From the NCBI GenBank assembly GCA_000934665.2, contig KZ538517.1, forward strand, positions 1 to 64,000: a DNA stretch of 64,000 nt. Direction: 5' to 3'. The DNA is from Catajapyx aquilonaris (lineage: Eukaryota). The notes under the pieces were generated by a model. That model had not been told where the DNA came from. It ran no database searches and saw nothing but the letters and a program-made list of their open reading frames with translations. Positions 12,401 through 24,961 of the stretch are shown in pieces; position 1 is the stretch's first letter; each line of letters begins with the position of its first letter. A program made the translations under genes and the position numbers.

Positions 12401-14592
12401 GGGGAAGTGAAGTGGCGCTGCGGTAACGCACGTGCCCATGGATGTTAAGGTCCCGGGTTCGATCTCAGCCCGGGGACACCCCCTTCATCTTGTGCAGTGT
12501 TTGGGCCATCTCTGGCTTCGTCTCGGGTGGGACTCCTTAGACTAACCACCCAGGGGAGTTCGCAAAATGATCTCACCCACGACATTGCACTGCACTTTGC
12601 ATATCCCCTCCTGTCATCCTGCCCATGGGCCCGGGCGTTACATATAAAGGTTCCATAATATGTACGAGACATAAATAAAGGTCCGTGCTATATACCTCCG
12701 ATGAGGTCAAGCACTACCCGGATATTATATTATTATTATATTATATAGATACTTGGAACATTCTGTATATCTGCTGATGACCAAACTGCTTCATGATGAC
12801 TTCCAACTATGCTTCCTTTTTTCAAAATGCTATGTAAACACACTGGACTCCAAATTTTCTGGGAGTTGATTATCCATGCAGTGACAAAAAATACATATAG
12901 AACTAAAAGTCAGAAAGAATGTCAATATGTCTCGCAAACAAAGAAATATAAGGGTCATTAAGATGAAAACTAGCCACGGTCATATAGCAAATTTCTGGAT
13001 GGGTTTGTCACGACATCTTATACACAAAACGAAGGCCCTACCGGTGTAGTATTATAACACACTGACAGTTGGTCATTCGATCACTCGACACAGTCACATT
13101 GTGCTTTTGTTCAGGACCCCCCCCCCCCCCCTTCAAAAAAACCGTCCAGTCAGATATGGAAGCAACAAATGTAGAGAAGCGAGCGGTAATCAGTTTTTTA
13201 ACCACAGAATGTGTCGGCAGTACAGAAATCCATCTCAGTATAAGTACAGCACGAAAACTATGTTTTTGTCACGTGTTACAGCCTGGAGTAAGCAGTTTCC
13301 GAGAGGGGCCATTGTCGTTGACTGGTGATTCCAACTGAGGTCAAGCAAACCGCTTACTCCAGGCTCTAACACATGGCAAAGGCATACAGTTTTCGTACAC
13401 GGTACTCATACTGATACGGATTTCTGTATGGCCGACACATTCCGCAGTTCAAAGATGGGTTACCGTGGACAGTCTTTTTGACTGGGGGGTCCTGAACAAA
13501 AGTACACTGCGACTGTGTCGAGTGATTCAATGGCCAACTGTCAATGTGTTATTACTACATCGGTGCGGCCTTTGTTTTGTGTATAAGTAGTCGTGAAAAA
13601 CACTTCCGGAAATTTGCTATATGACTGGCTCGTTTCATCTGAATGACCCTAATATAACAGACTTTTTCCAGAAGACAAACTAAAAATCTATGGCATATTT
13701 TATTATTTTGATTAAACCCAGTCCCCAAATAGCCACTCTAACCCTTCCCTACGAGATATTTTCCTGAAAACTGCAGGTCTTTTGTTTTCTGACACCATAT
13801 TACATGATGGTTGATGATCACAAAAAAATTAGCTACAGTAATATGCTCACTTTTAGACTCAAGATGCTCCTCGAGTGCCTGCGCTTCTAACCGCTTGGCA
13901 ATGTTGATAGGGTTCATTCTTTCCAATGCTATATATGGGGTCTTTATAGCTAAACAGATCCCCCACAAGCAGAACATCACTAACTCATACATCGCATCTC
14001 GAACTTGCACTGTCCAGTGCATTGCAATACGTCCATAGCAGGCAATGGTGGTAACTGATGGAAACGATATCCAGCCTCTGTCAACACTTAAGGCACTTAA
14101 TTGTGTCTCAGTGGACAATTCATCTTCCATGAAAGGCATTTCTTGCACCTTGTTTTCCAACAGCAGATTGTTGATTATTCGTGAGCTTTCAGTTTCATCG
14201 ACATTTTGAAACACACGAACAATCATGGAAGAGATGGGTCCTGATGGTATTAAGGAATCAAGATTGGTAAGGAATGCCCCAATATAAAATGGAAAAAATA
14301 TATGCATGCATCAATCCTCACCACTCATGAAGGCAACAATCCTATGGATAAACATTAAGGCCAAAATGAAGAAGAGCTCCCTCAGTAATTTTGGCTTCAA
14401 TCGTCCCAATATTAGTGTGAAAGCAGTCGTTACACTAACTACCACCACGAGATGTTTCTGAAAGATGTGAAAACTCTGTCTCCATATCTCATCTACAACA
14501 TAGGCCAGGGGCAGCGACTGTGACATAATCCGCATGACATTGCCTGTCTCCACTCCCCCTCCAGACGCTAACATCTCTTGAATTTTCCACAT
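6456..14592 (-). CDS. Divergent TRC8/RNF139/RNF145-like multi-pass membrane RING-H2 E3 ubiquitin ligase, about 1005 aa, 6 coding exons
   Basis: Exons (-) 14592-14322, 14240-13851, 11885-11658, 10222-9726, 9158-8163, 7091-6456 are GT-AG and phase consistent (3018 nt). Many hydrophobic helices. A RING-H2 is assembled across the last intron: CALCRVPLVRRSK|VKILKCHHGLHLECIPCWLAQESGCPTC. The N-terminus (QSLPLAYVVDEIWRQ...LILGRLKPKLLRELFFILALMFIHRI) resembles the TRC8_N start. Minus-strand AATAAA at 6276-6281. The start codon and family assignment are inferred. Confidence 0.7.
7379..7525. mobile_element. Short palindromic/fold-back element (MITE-like) in last intron of RING gene
   Basis: cgattgcaccaacgaaattaccgattcgatagctcctaatagatcgttag pairs with ctaacgatccattaggagctatcggatcggtaatttcggttggtgcaatcg; arms about 60 bp. 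Confidence 0.7.
9213..9630. mobile_element. Tc1/mariner-type MITE, 418 bp
   Basis: TA|CAGGGTGTC...GACACCCTG|TA; imperfect terminal inverted repeats of about 125 bp (9213-9338 vs 9505-9630); TA target duplication; no transposase ORF. Confidence 0.85.
12178..12765. mobile_element. Tc1/mariner-type MITE interrupted by a SINE
   Basis: TA|CAGGGTGTTCCAAGT ... ACTTGGAACATTCTG|TA terminal inverted repeats with TA flanks. Confidence 0.65.
12401..12746 (+). mobile_element. tRNA-derived SINE
   Basis: Pol III A box TGGCGCTGCGG (12413-12423) and B box GGTTCGATC (12456-12464) at tRNA-like spacing, a body of about 250 nt, and an (ATT)n-type tail at 12722-12746. Confidence 0.75.
12952..13649. mobile_element. 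PIF/Harbinger-type long fold-back MITE, 698 bp
   Basis: TAA|GGGTCATT...AATGACCC|TAA; the two halves are imperfect inverted copies over about 340 bp each (e.g. gcctggagtaagcagttt vs aaaccgcttactccaggc); 3-bp TAA target duplication. Confidence 0.85.
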
Positions 14593-15040
14593 CTCCCTAC
14601 ACTGCAGAAAATATTTCAGTCAAATTGCTATAGCTCCAGGCAATAATGGTCAATTTCACATAACCCACATACTTACTTTCAATTTGACATCCTAGTTATG
14701 ATGTTAGAGGTCTTTGCAATATCCAGACAAATTGAACTACTCATTAGGTCAGCATTTTACTCCACCAAAACCACAGCCATTGTTGGCCTGTCTCTGAATA
14801 GCGTTTCTTTGGCAACATATTGCACAAGAAGCCAACTGGATAACAATTGTCACAAATCTTTATGGTCCATTCCCACATTCATTGTGTTCGCTTCATTTGC
14901 TGCAATTGGCAAGCTTGCAATTCCAGGGACTCGTGACATGCTGGATGTGTTCCATGAGGAACAGTTGGTGAGAATATTAGCAAAGAGGAATCAGTCAAAA
15001 TGGTAATAAACAAGGGTTATATTTTCCAAATTAGCTATGA

Positions 15041-15205
15041 TGCCGCGTTTACATGTGAACGATTTTCTCAGAGATGAGCAGCGATGAGCTTTACTGATCG
15101 ATGAAACCGATTGTTTGGAGCAAAATAACAATCCATTTTCGCCCCCATACAATTGGTTTCATCGCTGCACATCACTGATCAAATAGCTCACATGTAAACG
15201 CGGCC
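15041..15205. mobile_element. Small Harbinger-like MITE
   Basis: TGA|tGCCGCGTTTACATGTGA ... TCACATGTAAACGCGGCc|TGA; inverted arms and a 3-bp TGA duplication. Confidence 0.7.
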
Positions 15206-15540
15206 TGAAAAGGCAGAAAGTAACAGCAGAGGGGATGGAACGCAGACCGCATTGCCATGGCAACCATGACCACTTCTTTAATTCACTTCAGTCACCATCC
15301 CATAGTTGCACAATGGCAGGGAAAGTGCAGTAGTGTCTCAGAGCTATGCCACATTACCATCATTATTTCATCCCTCATTTTTCCATCCAGTGTAAACCCT
15401 GTAGACATACACTGACCTGCATGAGCATGCATTACTACAAATTGACACATATGAATGGGCCGTGAAGCGAACTGCACATGAAACTGATTCTGCTGCCACA
15501 GAGGCAACAGCTTTTGGGATTTTTTGTGGTGCTTCTATAT

Positions 15541-15600
15541 CAGTGGTTCCCAACCGGGGGGTCGCGAAGCCTTTTCTGGGGGGTTGTGCATGGCCGTGAT
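15541..15600. mobile_element. hAT-type transposon end fragment
   Basis: CAGTGGTTCCCAACCGGGGGGTCGCGA resembles hAT/Charlie-family termini; I did not find the other end. Confidence 0.4.
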
Positions 15601-17282
15601 TATTTTTTACCCTATAATTATGGTGCAGGCACAACATCTGCAAATCACACAACACACGTAATCTTGAAGTCAGTCAATTTTACAAATAAATGAAGTGAGC
15701 TACCTTAGCACTGCATGTGGCCTGGCACACAAAAAGACAATTTCAGCAATTTCTTTCCCAGATTATTCTTCAAGAGCAGGACGATTTTATTCTACAAATT
15801 GAAACCATACCAAAATAACTACTTATGTAAAAAATCCAAATTTTAATTGGTCAATTTGCATAACTTTATTATGTGATACTAAGACCATTCATGTGCATAA
15901 GGCAGCAACCTTTTCCCCTTTGTGCCAGCTTGTTCTAACTGACAGCTGGCTGTGCTCCTTCATTCACCTTGCACAGCTTTTCCCAAGATGCAATCATGCA
16001 GATTCTGTTTTATTTTTCACATGTACAGTGCATGTAAGCTTCTGATTGGCCATGAGCATATTCAAGATGGTCTTTGCAGTCTCTATACCAAAGCGAGTGC
16101 CTTCTCCAGTGTCCAGTGTCGAGTCACACATCCACCAAAATTTTGGCTTTCATGTTTGGCCCCTCAGATGCTGCTCAAATACAGAGTCAAGATTGATGCA
16201 CGTGTCACTGGCCCCAAACACTGGGAATTTGCCTCAGCTCAACCCACAGTGTTCATCATTACGAGTTCTATGGTCACGAATCACGGAACTATTACTTGGG
16301 GAACAACCTACTCTTCCTGCAATGAGGTCTGGCTGTAATTCGCTTGTAAGTCAGGGCTAAGGTCAGTGGCAATAATGTTTCCAGCTTCTAATAATATATT
16401 TTTTCCTTAATACTGGACAATAGCAAAGGAATGGTTGTTGCAATTCTTGGATAACAAATCCATTTACAGTACACACACCAAGTCACAATCAAAAAAATCT
16501 CTTCCCTGCATTTTTAGTCATCCATATATAAGGACACTATTAATCATAAGATCAACAGTCACTGCCCCAGTACTGCTGCATGTGATGTTTGAATAAATCG
16601 TCAACACCTGACATGTCAAGTGTGATTTGATCTGAATACATATTACAGCAGGGGTAATAACTGCTAATAACCAGACTGCAAGTGTCCTAAATAATCAAAA
16701 CTATAGCGTAAGTGTTGAACCTCCAAATATGAGGGCATTTGTTTTTTAAATATCTCCCACCATTATTAACATTATTACTATGAATGTCACGTTAAATGAG
16801 TCTGGTAAGTGGATTGAGGGAAACGGGAATCCTAAGATCAGAACTTGCAGGTTACCATTATGTGGCCTATTAAAAGTCAATTTGAGCCTTGTTGTGACAA
16901 AAGCTGGGACCAAAAGTTCACTGGGATTGCTTTACACAAAGGTGACCTACATCAGGTCACAGTTATTGCACTGAGTATTTAAAACAAACATCAGCACCTG
17001 ATCAGCTCTGATCAGAGGAGTCCACTTATGTACTTCATTGAGCAAAATGCGTGCACCGAGTGAATGTCACGAGCGAGGGAGGGCAGGTAGGAAAATAACA
17101 CTTTCTGAATGAAGGGACAATATTTGGCAGTGACATCCACCCATCTGTAAAATCTGCAGTCATCTCATTAGCTTAAGTTATGTTAATCAATTATTTCCCA
17201 ATCAACCCGCCCACCCTACCCATCTGAATCCCCAAATAAAAAAATACAGAGTAAACCAACCCAGCTGCCTCCAGTTGCTTTT

Positions 17283-20200
17283 CTACAGATCTTCATCCTG
17301 GATTCCTTCAAAGGCATCATTCTCAACCATTGGGTTATCACTTGAGCTGCTTTTTGAAGATGACTTCAAGCCCATATTTGACAATCGGCCTGTTAATTTT
17401 TTCATGGATGACTCTCTTGTTGGTGATTTCCCATCTTCAGTCTGCCACAGAGTAAATGAAATGAGTCATGGTAACACTGAAATAATGTTCCCTTACAGCA
17501 TTACAATCACAAATTAATAGAAGAGTAAATAGTGGTTGATAATCTTGATATCACATACTCTGCACTCTTGTCAACATTTCACTTTTGCAAACATGATGAC
17601 TGTGTACGTATATCACTTTCGTACAATACGAAACCTGTCGACAGGCAAGAGCCACCAAAATTGCATCAGACAAAGGAAAAATTTCCAATGAGCATCTAGA
17701 TCAGTCACGTTGAAGTAGAAATTAATGTGACTCACCCCACTACTTCCACTACTTGGAAAGTCACTTCCTACAGATTCCTTCCTGGCAACTGCAACATGAA
17801 AGGTGGAACCATCCCTCCTCATGTATGACCATGGTCCGCTGGGAAGTCGGTCATAGGTCTTCTTCAGCCCCACCCCACTCCTTTTGGACAGTAGCTCCTC
17901 TACCATTCCCTGCAGGCAGACAGACATGAGGATGGCCTGGTCACTTGCTATAGTGATCCATTCAAGGGTATCCTTCGCCATGAGATATTCAATTGACAGC
18001 TCAAGCCATGGCTCCTTGGCACTCCTGTTGCCTTCTGTCCCTTCATTTTGGCCCTAAAATTGTGAAGACATTTGCTGGTGTGACACAAAGTGGTAGTAGT
18101 CTACACAAAAATAGTGTCTGGTAATTTGAAACAACTCTAGTTCACATTTTCATCAAGATCCTGCAACAAAAGGTTCAACGAAATACAGCCTAACACTCTT
18201 CAACATTGAAGTGTAATTCACATCATTAAATTTAATAAATAGTATCAATATTACAATGCAAAATGATATTTATATATGATCAAAAATTCCAGGTTACCCC
18301 TATTTCAATTTATCAAATAAGGAAAGACTGCACATTTCTCACTGCAGCATTTATTAGCATTAGCATAATTTAGCAAGTCTGCTAGCCTCAGAATTGAATA
18401 AATGTACACTGATATAAAACCTTGATATGTCTGCTCTTTGATCATGTGACTCTCTCCTTGCAATAAAAAACTGTATAAAGATATAGCCAAACATAAAAAA
18501 CTCACATGCACAACTGTGATCCTCCAACACCTCATCCTGGTGACCCTGAAACTACCTTCCTTGCATTCACCATCCTGCTGAATACGGAAATTGAGCTCCT
18601 TATTACCAGCTGCTATCACAACCCTTGTGTTGGGAACTGGGTAGTCGCACAGGCATGGTCGGAATTGGACATAACCATAAAACTTGAGTGTTCTTGCCAA
18701 TCGCAGATACTGTAGAATAAATATATTCATAAGCACAAGGTAAAATGTCAGTCTCATTCATGATCAGGCCAGTTTTACTGTGCTAGCAAGTCCCGATTAT
18801 GCTAGAAGCTACCTATCCAAATTTGCAGAAGTGTGGGAAAACAGCTTTTCCTTTAATTCTGGTACATAATAGCTTATACACTGTACTCCCAATTATCCAG
18901 GTGGGGATTATCTGTGCATCACCAAAAAATAAAATTTAAAATAAGTGTCAGAAAAAAATGTCAATATGTCTCGGAAAGAAATATTCTCCTTCCAGAAGAC
19001 AAACTAAAAATCTATGATAAGTTTTATGATTTTGATTAACTTTACTTAGCAGCATGCACTATGTACACAATAGCTAATTAAAAACCTCTGAACAACTCAT
19101 TTTTACAGTTTTTAGGATCGTTTTCCAATTATACATCCAGTGACACCCATGCAATCATTAGCCCGGGTAATCAGGAGTACAGTGTGTTTCTTCTCTCAGG
19201 ACCTCCAACATCTCAGCACACAATTGCATGCTTAAAAATACTGGAACTCAAACCATGGGAAACAAACGCTGAGCATCTGGTTATTCCAGTTTCTTTTTGT
19301 ATTGATGCCCATTCTAACCTGGTGTGCATGCACTTTAGAATTGTGCATATGCATGTCACAATCTTTTTGTGAGTTTTTTGCGCATTTTATGTACTATTTT
19401 GTGCCTTTGCATGTGCTTTGTGACAGCAGGATCAAAATTTTAAAATATTTAACATCCTAAGAAGCCAGTGCAGAGTCTGAGTGCTTTCTGCTAGAAATAC
19501 TTCCTGTAATTTTCAGACAGGTGGAACTCTTTCATGTTCTGAGAGGCTCAGGGGAAGATGCATGGTGGGAAATCAAACATGGCATCTGGCGGTAATTCAC
19601 TCTTTCACCACCAGCCCTGCCTGCTGTCCACTCTACTCTCAATCCCAATGGCTTACTTCGTTGAATGCAATTTCCATAAGACAAAAAGTTGATTCCTTCT
19701 GACTTGAACAGAAAGGAAATTAAGGAAATAACAGCAATAGTGTAGGGCAGTTGTGATTGGCCTTGACAAATTTGCATCTAGGAGTTATGAACAGTATGAA
19801 ATAGAGCATGACATATGAATGGACTTGGATACTTCAAAAGGTAAAACATCAAACCTCTTTTTTGGAGCCCTTTGCCTGCAAAGACACCAGGTGTTGCCGT
19901 GTTTCATTTCCAGCCAGGATCCACCCATGCTGGAGATCTGCAACCATCTGGACATAGAGAAGGTTGAGTGCAACAGGATCTTCCAGCAAGTCCTCATCAT
20001 ATGAAGGATCCCAATAACTGTAAGCAGACAAATAATTATTACTTATCAACAATAATAACAAGTTTCAATTTTCTTGCAGAGCTCACCTTTTCCTCAGCAC
20101 AATTCTGTGGATACCTTGGAGGGATTTTTGAGATATGTAAGGAGATTCAAAGTCTTGTAATCGACGGACAACTGAAATGATAACAGTAAATACACGTCAC

Positions 20201-22286
20201 ATTATTTGTAAATTTTAGCTTAACTTCTACATGATTAAAATATATGCCTTACGAGTGACGTCTCCATCATCCTCCCGCCTCATCAGGAAGAGAGCAAAGT
20301 AATGGGTGTGTTCCCTTGGCAATTTGAGCTGCTGACACACTTTCTAAAATAGGTTTAATGAGATCAGCGATACATATAAATATAGCGCTGCATTGCCCAA
20401 GACTCCTATTCAAGAAAGAGGCAGGAGGAAAAGTTATAAATTGTTTAAGCCAGCAATCCATTTAAAGATAATCAGAAATCTTAAAGTGTTAAACTGGTTG
20501 CTGGTGTCATCACTCCATATCTTCTCCCCTACCGCCTCCTTACTCTGGGGACTTGGGCAGTGTACTACCTTTATGTAGTAGTTATGTAGTAGTCAAGTGT
20601 GTATTTAAAGAATAATGCATTATATCCATCACATTACAATCTTAGGTCAGAATACAGCAATATCTACAAATTAATGTGCAGGCCTGTATTTTTGTGCCAT
20701 TGATTGTTAGTTTAAAAATCAGAAATAATGAAATACAGGCCAGTAAAGCATTATAGCCACACTGATGCAATCCAGCCTAAACTAAGAAATACTTGAGAGA
20801 GTTGACTCACCTGAAGGACCTCAGAGGTGGCCTGATTGGTCCTGACCCTGACGGCCACTTTATGACCATTCATAAGGCAGACATCAAGAGGCCAGTTCTC
20901 CTCATCATCCTCCCCAGCATCCCCAACCTGCCCCTTAACTCCCATCTTCCTCAGAAAGGTCTCCTGCTGAGCTGTGAGCAAGAACCCAGCAAACATTTGG
21001 CTGGAAGCAACCAGTGGATCCTGGCTCACAGTCTGGATGTACTTTTCCAGCAGTAATCTTCTCTCCTCTGCCTGGGCTGGAGTCAGGGGAAGGAGGCGCT
21101 TTGGTGGAAAGGGAGGTAAAGTGGCAGGAAGGGAGGAGGAGGTGCCAAACTCTCTCCGAAGCTGTTCATGCAAGTGGTGCAGCTGCTTGTAGCGGAGGGA
21201 ACAGTGGAAGAGTCCATTCACATGAAGGTTATATGCCTGAAATATAAGATTGATAACTATGTGAGTACTGCATTAGTATGGCTTATCACATGTCCTTAGC
21301 TTCACATATTTGCACTTGAAAGGAGGCGGAAACACCTGGATGATTAACCTGCCTGCATCACACTAGAATGCATATCTCTGTTAACATCTTTCTAGACAGC
21401 AAATAAAATGATCAAGATACTTCTCCTGAGTGGAAACTGGTCGGAGGTAATATGAATTTGGGTGGGATTAGTGTTGACTTTGTGCAGGAGTCACATAGTT
21501 GCGAATCCTCAGTAAAAGCATAACATAACTCAAAAAGTGATACTCAGGTGTCCCGGGCTTTAAGTAGTAACAGCCCAGGAAGTGGGACAGAGTTACATGT
21601 GGGTCTGACCATATTCACTTGTATTTTCTGAATGGGGGTGACACACTAGAGTAGCTACATGATACTATGCTACTGTCAGTAATCTAGAGAGTCTGCATTG
21701 GTTTTTCTATAACAGACCTTCAACTCTACTAAACCTGGCATTGGCCAGAAGTACAGAGAGAGCAATGCATTAGTGAGAGAGTTACCAGCACTGCCTGGGA
21801 CGAGTGACAGGTCCTGCCTCCTGTGTCATCATAATTATAACTTGCGTAATATTTTTAAATTGTCTTTTTCTTTTGCAAAACCGTTGCAAAGTGGAGATGT
21901 TATCATTAACGTGGCAAACCTTGATATTAAAGCATACTGATGTCTCATGAAAGGATGAAATATTGGCAAATATAATGCCAACATAAATTTTCATACATTT
22001 CAGAAATTATTCAAGTAATTCAGAATGCAACCTAGTGCCAAGTGTTAGCCTAAACAAGAAACACTTTACTGGTCAGCTGCAAAGTAGGTAAGTGAAGCAA
22101 GAGGTGTGTGTGGGTGGGGGGTGTCAGCCACCCTGGACATAAATCACCCACTCTCCTCCTGCCAAGAACAACATGGGCAACCAGTTTTGTGGGAGGTGGG
22201 CAACATTAAAAAGGGTAACTCACGACATATGTGGATCCTGCACTGGCATCCTTAACCTCCTGCGCGTCTGGGATGGAGAAGTGCAT
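17283..22286 (-). CDS. SNX17: Sorting nexin-17 (PX + FERM-like), about 502 aa, 8 coding exons
   Basis: Exons (-) 22286-22224, 21236-20811, 20343-20253, 20171-20087, 20017-19855, 18709-18506, 18053-17736, 17441-17283; all GT-AG, 1509 nt. Starts MHFSIPD...YV|AYNLHVNGLFHCSLRYKQL; contains SYWDPSYDEDLLEDPVALNLLYVQ and WITIASDQAILMSVCLQGMVEEL; ends FEGIQDEDL, the SNX17 C-terminal motif. Confidence 0.96.
18880..19184. mobile_element. MITE in an SNX17 intron, same family as the interrupted copy at about 12841-13715
   Basis: Termini CACTGTACTCCcAATTAtCCaGG and CCGGGTAATCAGGAGTACAGTG are inverted; the internal sequence (atgtcaatatgtctcg...ttccagaagacaaactaaaaatctatg) also flanks the 12952-13649 element. 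Confidence 0.7.
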
Positions 22287-22955
22287 AGTCACCACTGCCC
22301 CCTTTCTCCCTCTCTTTCTATCTCTCCCAGGCAGAAGAGCTTTTGTTTGGTTAGAGGTGGATCCCCTTCACTTCCAACTAGTGAGTGGATGAAGCAGCAT
22401 CCATCAGCATGAGGAGCAGGTGGGCCAGTGGAGGAGAAGGGGGCAGCTGAGGGGCCAATGACCACAGCACCACTCTTGATGCTGCTGTGGTCATGTGGAG
22501 GGTGGTGCTGGCGTTGATGGACGATAGCAGCAATCAGGCAGGCTCGCGCTGTCTATTAGGTCAGCCAGCGATCAGCATCATGTGCAGTAGGCAGCACCCA
22601 CGCACTCGGGTGGTGATGCCACAGCCAGCACTACCATGCACTCACTCTTTTATCTCGTCCACAGCGCGAGAGTAAACAACGACCTCGCTTGTTGTTGTGG
22701 TTGATGGTGTTGTTGTCGGTATGCTGGCGCCGACTCCGCCACTGCCAGCTGCGGCAGTCTTGCACCAGATGAGACCCTGTCTGATCTCCCCGATCTTGTC
22801 CGCCTGAGGCCTCTCCTCTCCTGCCTGCCTGCCCACCGCCTGCTCACGGGCCTGCTGCCAACCTGCCCGGCTGTGGTCTCCCTTAAGGTTGGTAACACAG
22901 GCTGCAGGTTGGTTGAGCTCTCCCTCCATAGATGGCGTCCTTTGCAGGGGTGGTG

Positions 22956-22963
22956 TGACGTCA
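22956..22963. promoter_or_regulatory. CRE/ATF palindrome TGACGTCA in the presumed SNX17 promoter
   Basis: GTGACGTCAC lies at the upstream edge of the GC-rich region preceding the SNX17 start; function is inferred. Confidence 0.35.
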
Positions 22964-23648
22964 CGGGCAGGTTGATATTCAAACAGAAATATTGCTGCCT
23001 TTCCACTATATTTTACAAAATTATTTAGACCCACACTTGGATGATCCGGAGGCAGTTGGAAATTGTCGCACTCCTAGGCCAGACATGGAATCCCATCATA
23101 AAATGTCTGAAATTATTGTGCTGGGAGCGGCCCTCGGTAGAAAGTTCATGGGCAATGCACGATACTTCTGACCCATCTCTAATTGGACCAAAAAGGCAAT
23201 GATTGTCACAATGGGCACTTGACTGAACTGGGGATACTGAATTAACACCAACAACAAGAGACCCATAACATTTTACATCTCATTTGAATCACTCATTATA
23301 TATTTTTAGTTCACATGCACCACCCGTTGCATTTTCCAGTGGGGTCTTTGAGATTGCACATTATGGGGATGTTGTTGACATTCTACGGTCTCCCACACAT
23401 CTGCAGACAGACTGGTGCATGGTACATGGTGCATATAACCTGGATGTACTGATTTGGAAATTCCAGATGCAGCTGCTTGAATAAATCGAGTCAGCTTCAG
23501 AGTCACACCTTGGTCACAACCTCATAAAGGCAGCATTTACTTGTTGCCTGCCATTGTAGATTTTTAAAATTATTCCAATGACACTGACCATGGATCACAC
23601 CAATGAGATTGTGACAGAAGGGAACAAGTCATGTCAAATGGGTATACC

Positions 23649-24030
23649 CAGGGTCGTATTACCGAAGGGGCACACTGCGGCACGTACCCAGGGCCCACAT
23701 AATTTAGGGGCCCCGGAGGGGCCCTATTTTTAACTTCTTACACCAATACTCATTGTCAGTGCCGCGCTGGAATGTATGGATCACAGGGCCTAAAGCTGTT
23801 ACTCTGACAATAATTATTGAACTTATAGGGCCCCCCACATCATTGTAACAGTTCTAAACTCTTATAGTTTATTTTTTACCATAATCGTGTCAGTAAATGT
23901 CGAAAACACACATTAATTCCATAACAATCATACCTCTAAAAAAAATTGTCAGAAACCCAAGAGGGCCCCCTCCCTCTACTCCCCCCTTCCCCACGTGGTG
24001 GCTTTTCCGATATGCTTTGGGCCCAGGCCG
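23649..24030. repeat. GGGCCC-rich non-autonomous DNA transposon remnant
   Basis: Starts CAGGGTCGTATTACC; recurring GGGCCC/GCCCAGGGCC motifs typical of hAT-derived MITEs; ends not resolved. Confidence 0.35.
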
Positions 24031-24063
24031 AAACGTCTGCTCTAATAATTAGAATAATAAAGA

Positions 24064-24140
24064 AATAATAAATTTTTCTAGTCATTTGCACTACTTACAA
24101 TTATTGTAAGTAGTGCAAATTACTAGAAAAATTTATTATT
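24064..24140. repeat. Near-perfect 77-bp AT-rich palindrome
   Basis: 38-bp arms, 1-nt spacer, 1 mismatch: aataataaatttttctagtcatttgcactacttacaat-t-attgtaagtagtgcaaattactagaaaaatttattatt. Confidence 0.9.
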
Positions 24141-24961
24141 ATGGATAATATTAGCTGGTTGCTGGAACTACAAATCCCTAATCAATCAGTGAAAGATGCA
24201 GATGTTGAAGTCAGAGAAGTAGTCAATGATGTATTAAAAGCATAATTACGTGTGAGGGATAGTTGGGGGAATGTAATGAGAATAAAGTGGGGGGGGGGGA
24301 GGGAGAGAGAGAGATGTTACCATTAGGGCACTGCTTCCCAGTCTTTTTCATTGGTGAACCCAGAAATTTGACTTGTAAAATTTGCGATCCTCCAGATGTG
24401 CACATTTTGATCCCCCAACATGAAATAACAGGTAAGCAGTGAAAATTTAACACTATATTGTTAGCAAAATTCAAAGACAGCAGTAGGACTTTCAGTTTAC
24501 CATACACATTATTGTTTTCCCTGATATCAGGTATTGTGCATGCAAATCAATTTCAAGTACTTGAACTCCCTTTCATTTCATAATAGCATCACAATCCATG
24601 AGAACAGCAGTAATATGAAATCTAGTTGCACAACACAGACAGCCCTAATCCCATTGCAATCAAGCAAAAATCTCTTGACCTTGGATCTTTCAGATGAATT
24701 ATTGGCACCCTGTCATGTGTCATGGAGAGGTCATTACCACCAAATGATGGTAGCCATATATCCCAGATAAGTAAAGGGCAAAGGTGTCAGGTCCACAGAT
24801 GCTGAGACTAGTTATAATCCCTATTTCACAATCAATTACAAAAATTTTTTGCATGATTTATTATTACACTGGTACTCTATGTACACACAGACGCTACTCA
24901 ATTATTTTTGCTAAGAACCGAAATGTTTTTTTTCTTTCTTTTCTGTAACAACTCCACATGA

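Noticed and set aside
12410..12480. tRNA gene
   Set aside because: It has A/B boxes but no convincing cloverleaf, and it continues into a body and ATT tail, so it is a SINE head.
15952..16360. ORFs downstream of SNX17
   Set aside because: No motif or splice support; more likely SNX17 3' UTR or intergenic DNA.
22642..23034. 130-aa ORF upstream of SNX17
   Set aside because: GC-rich promoter/5' UTR sequence; SNX17 already has its conserved MHFSIP start at 22286.
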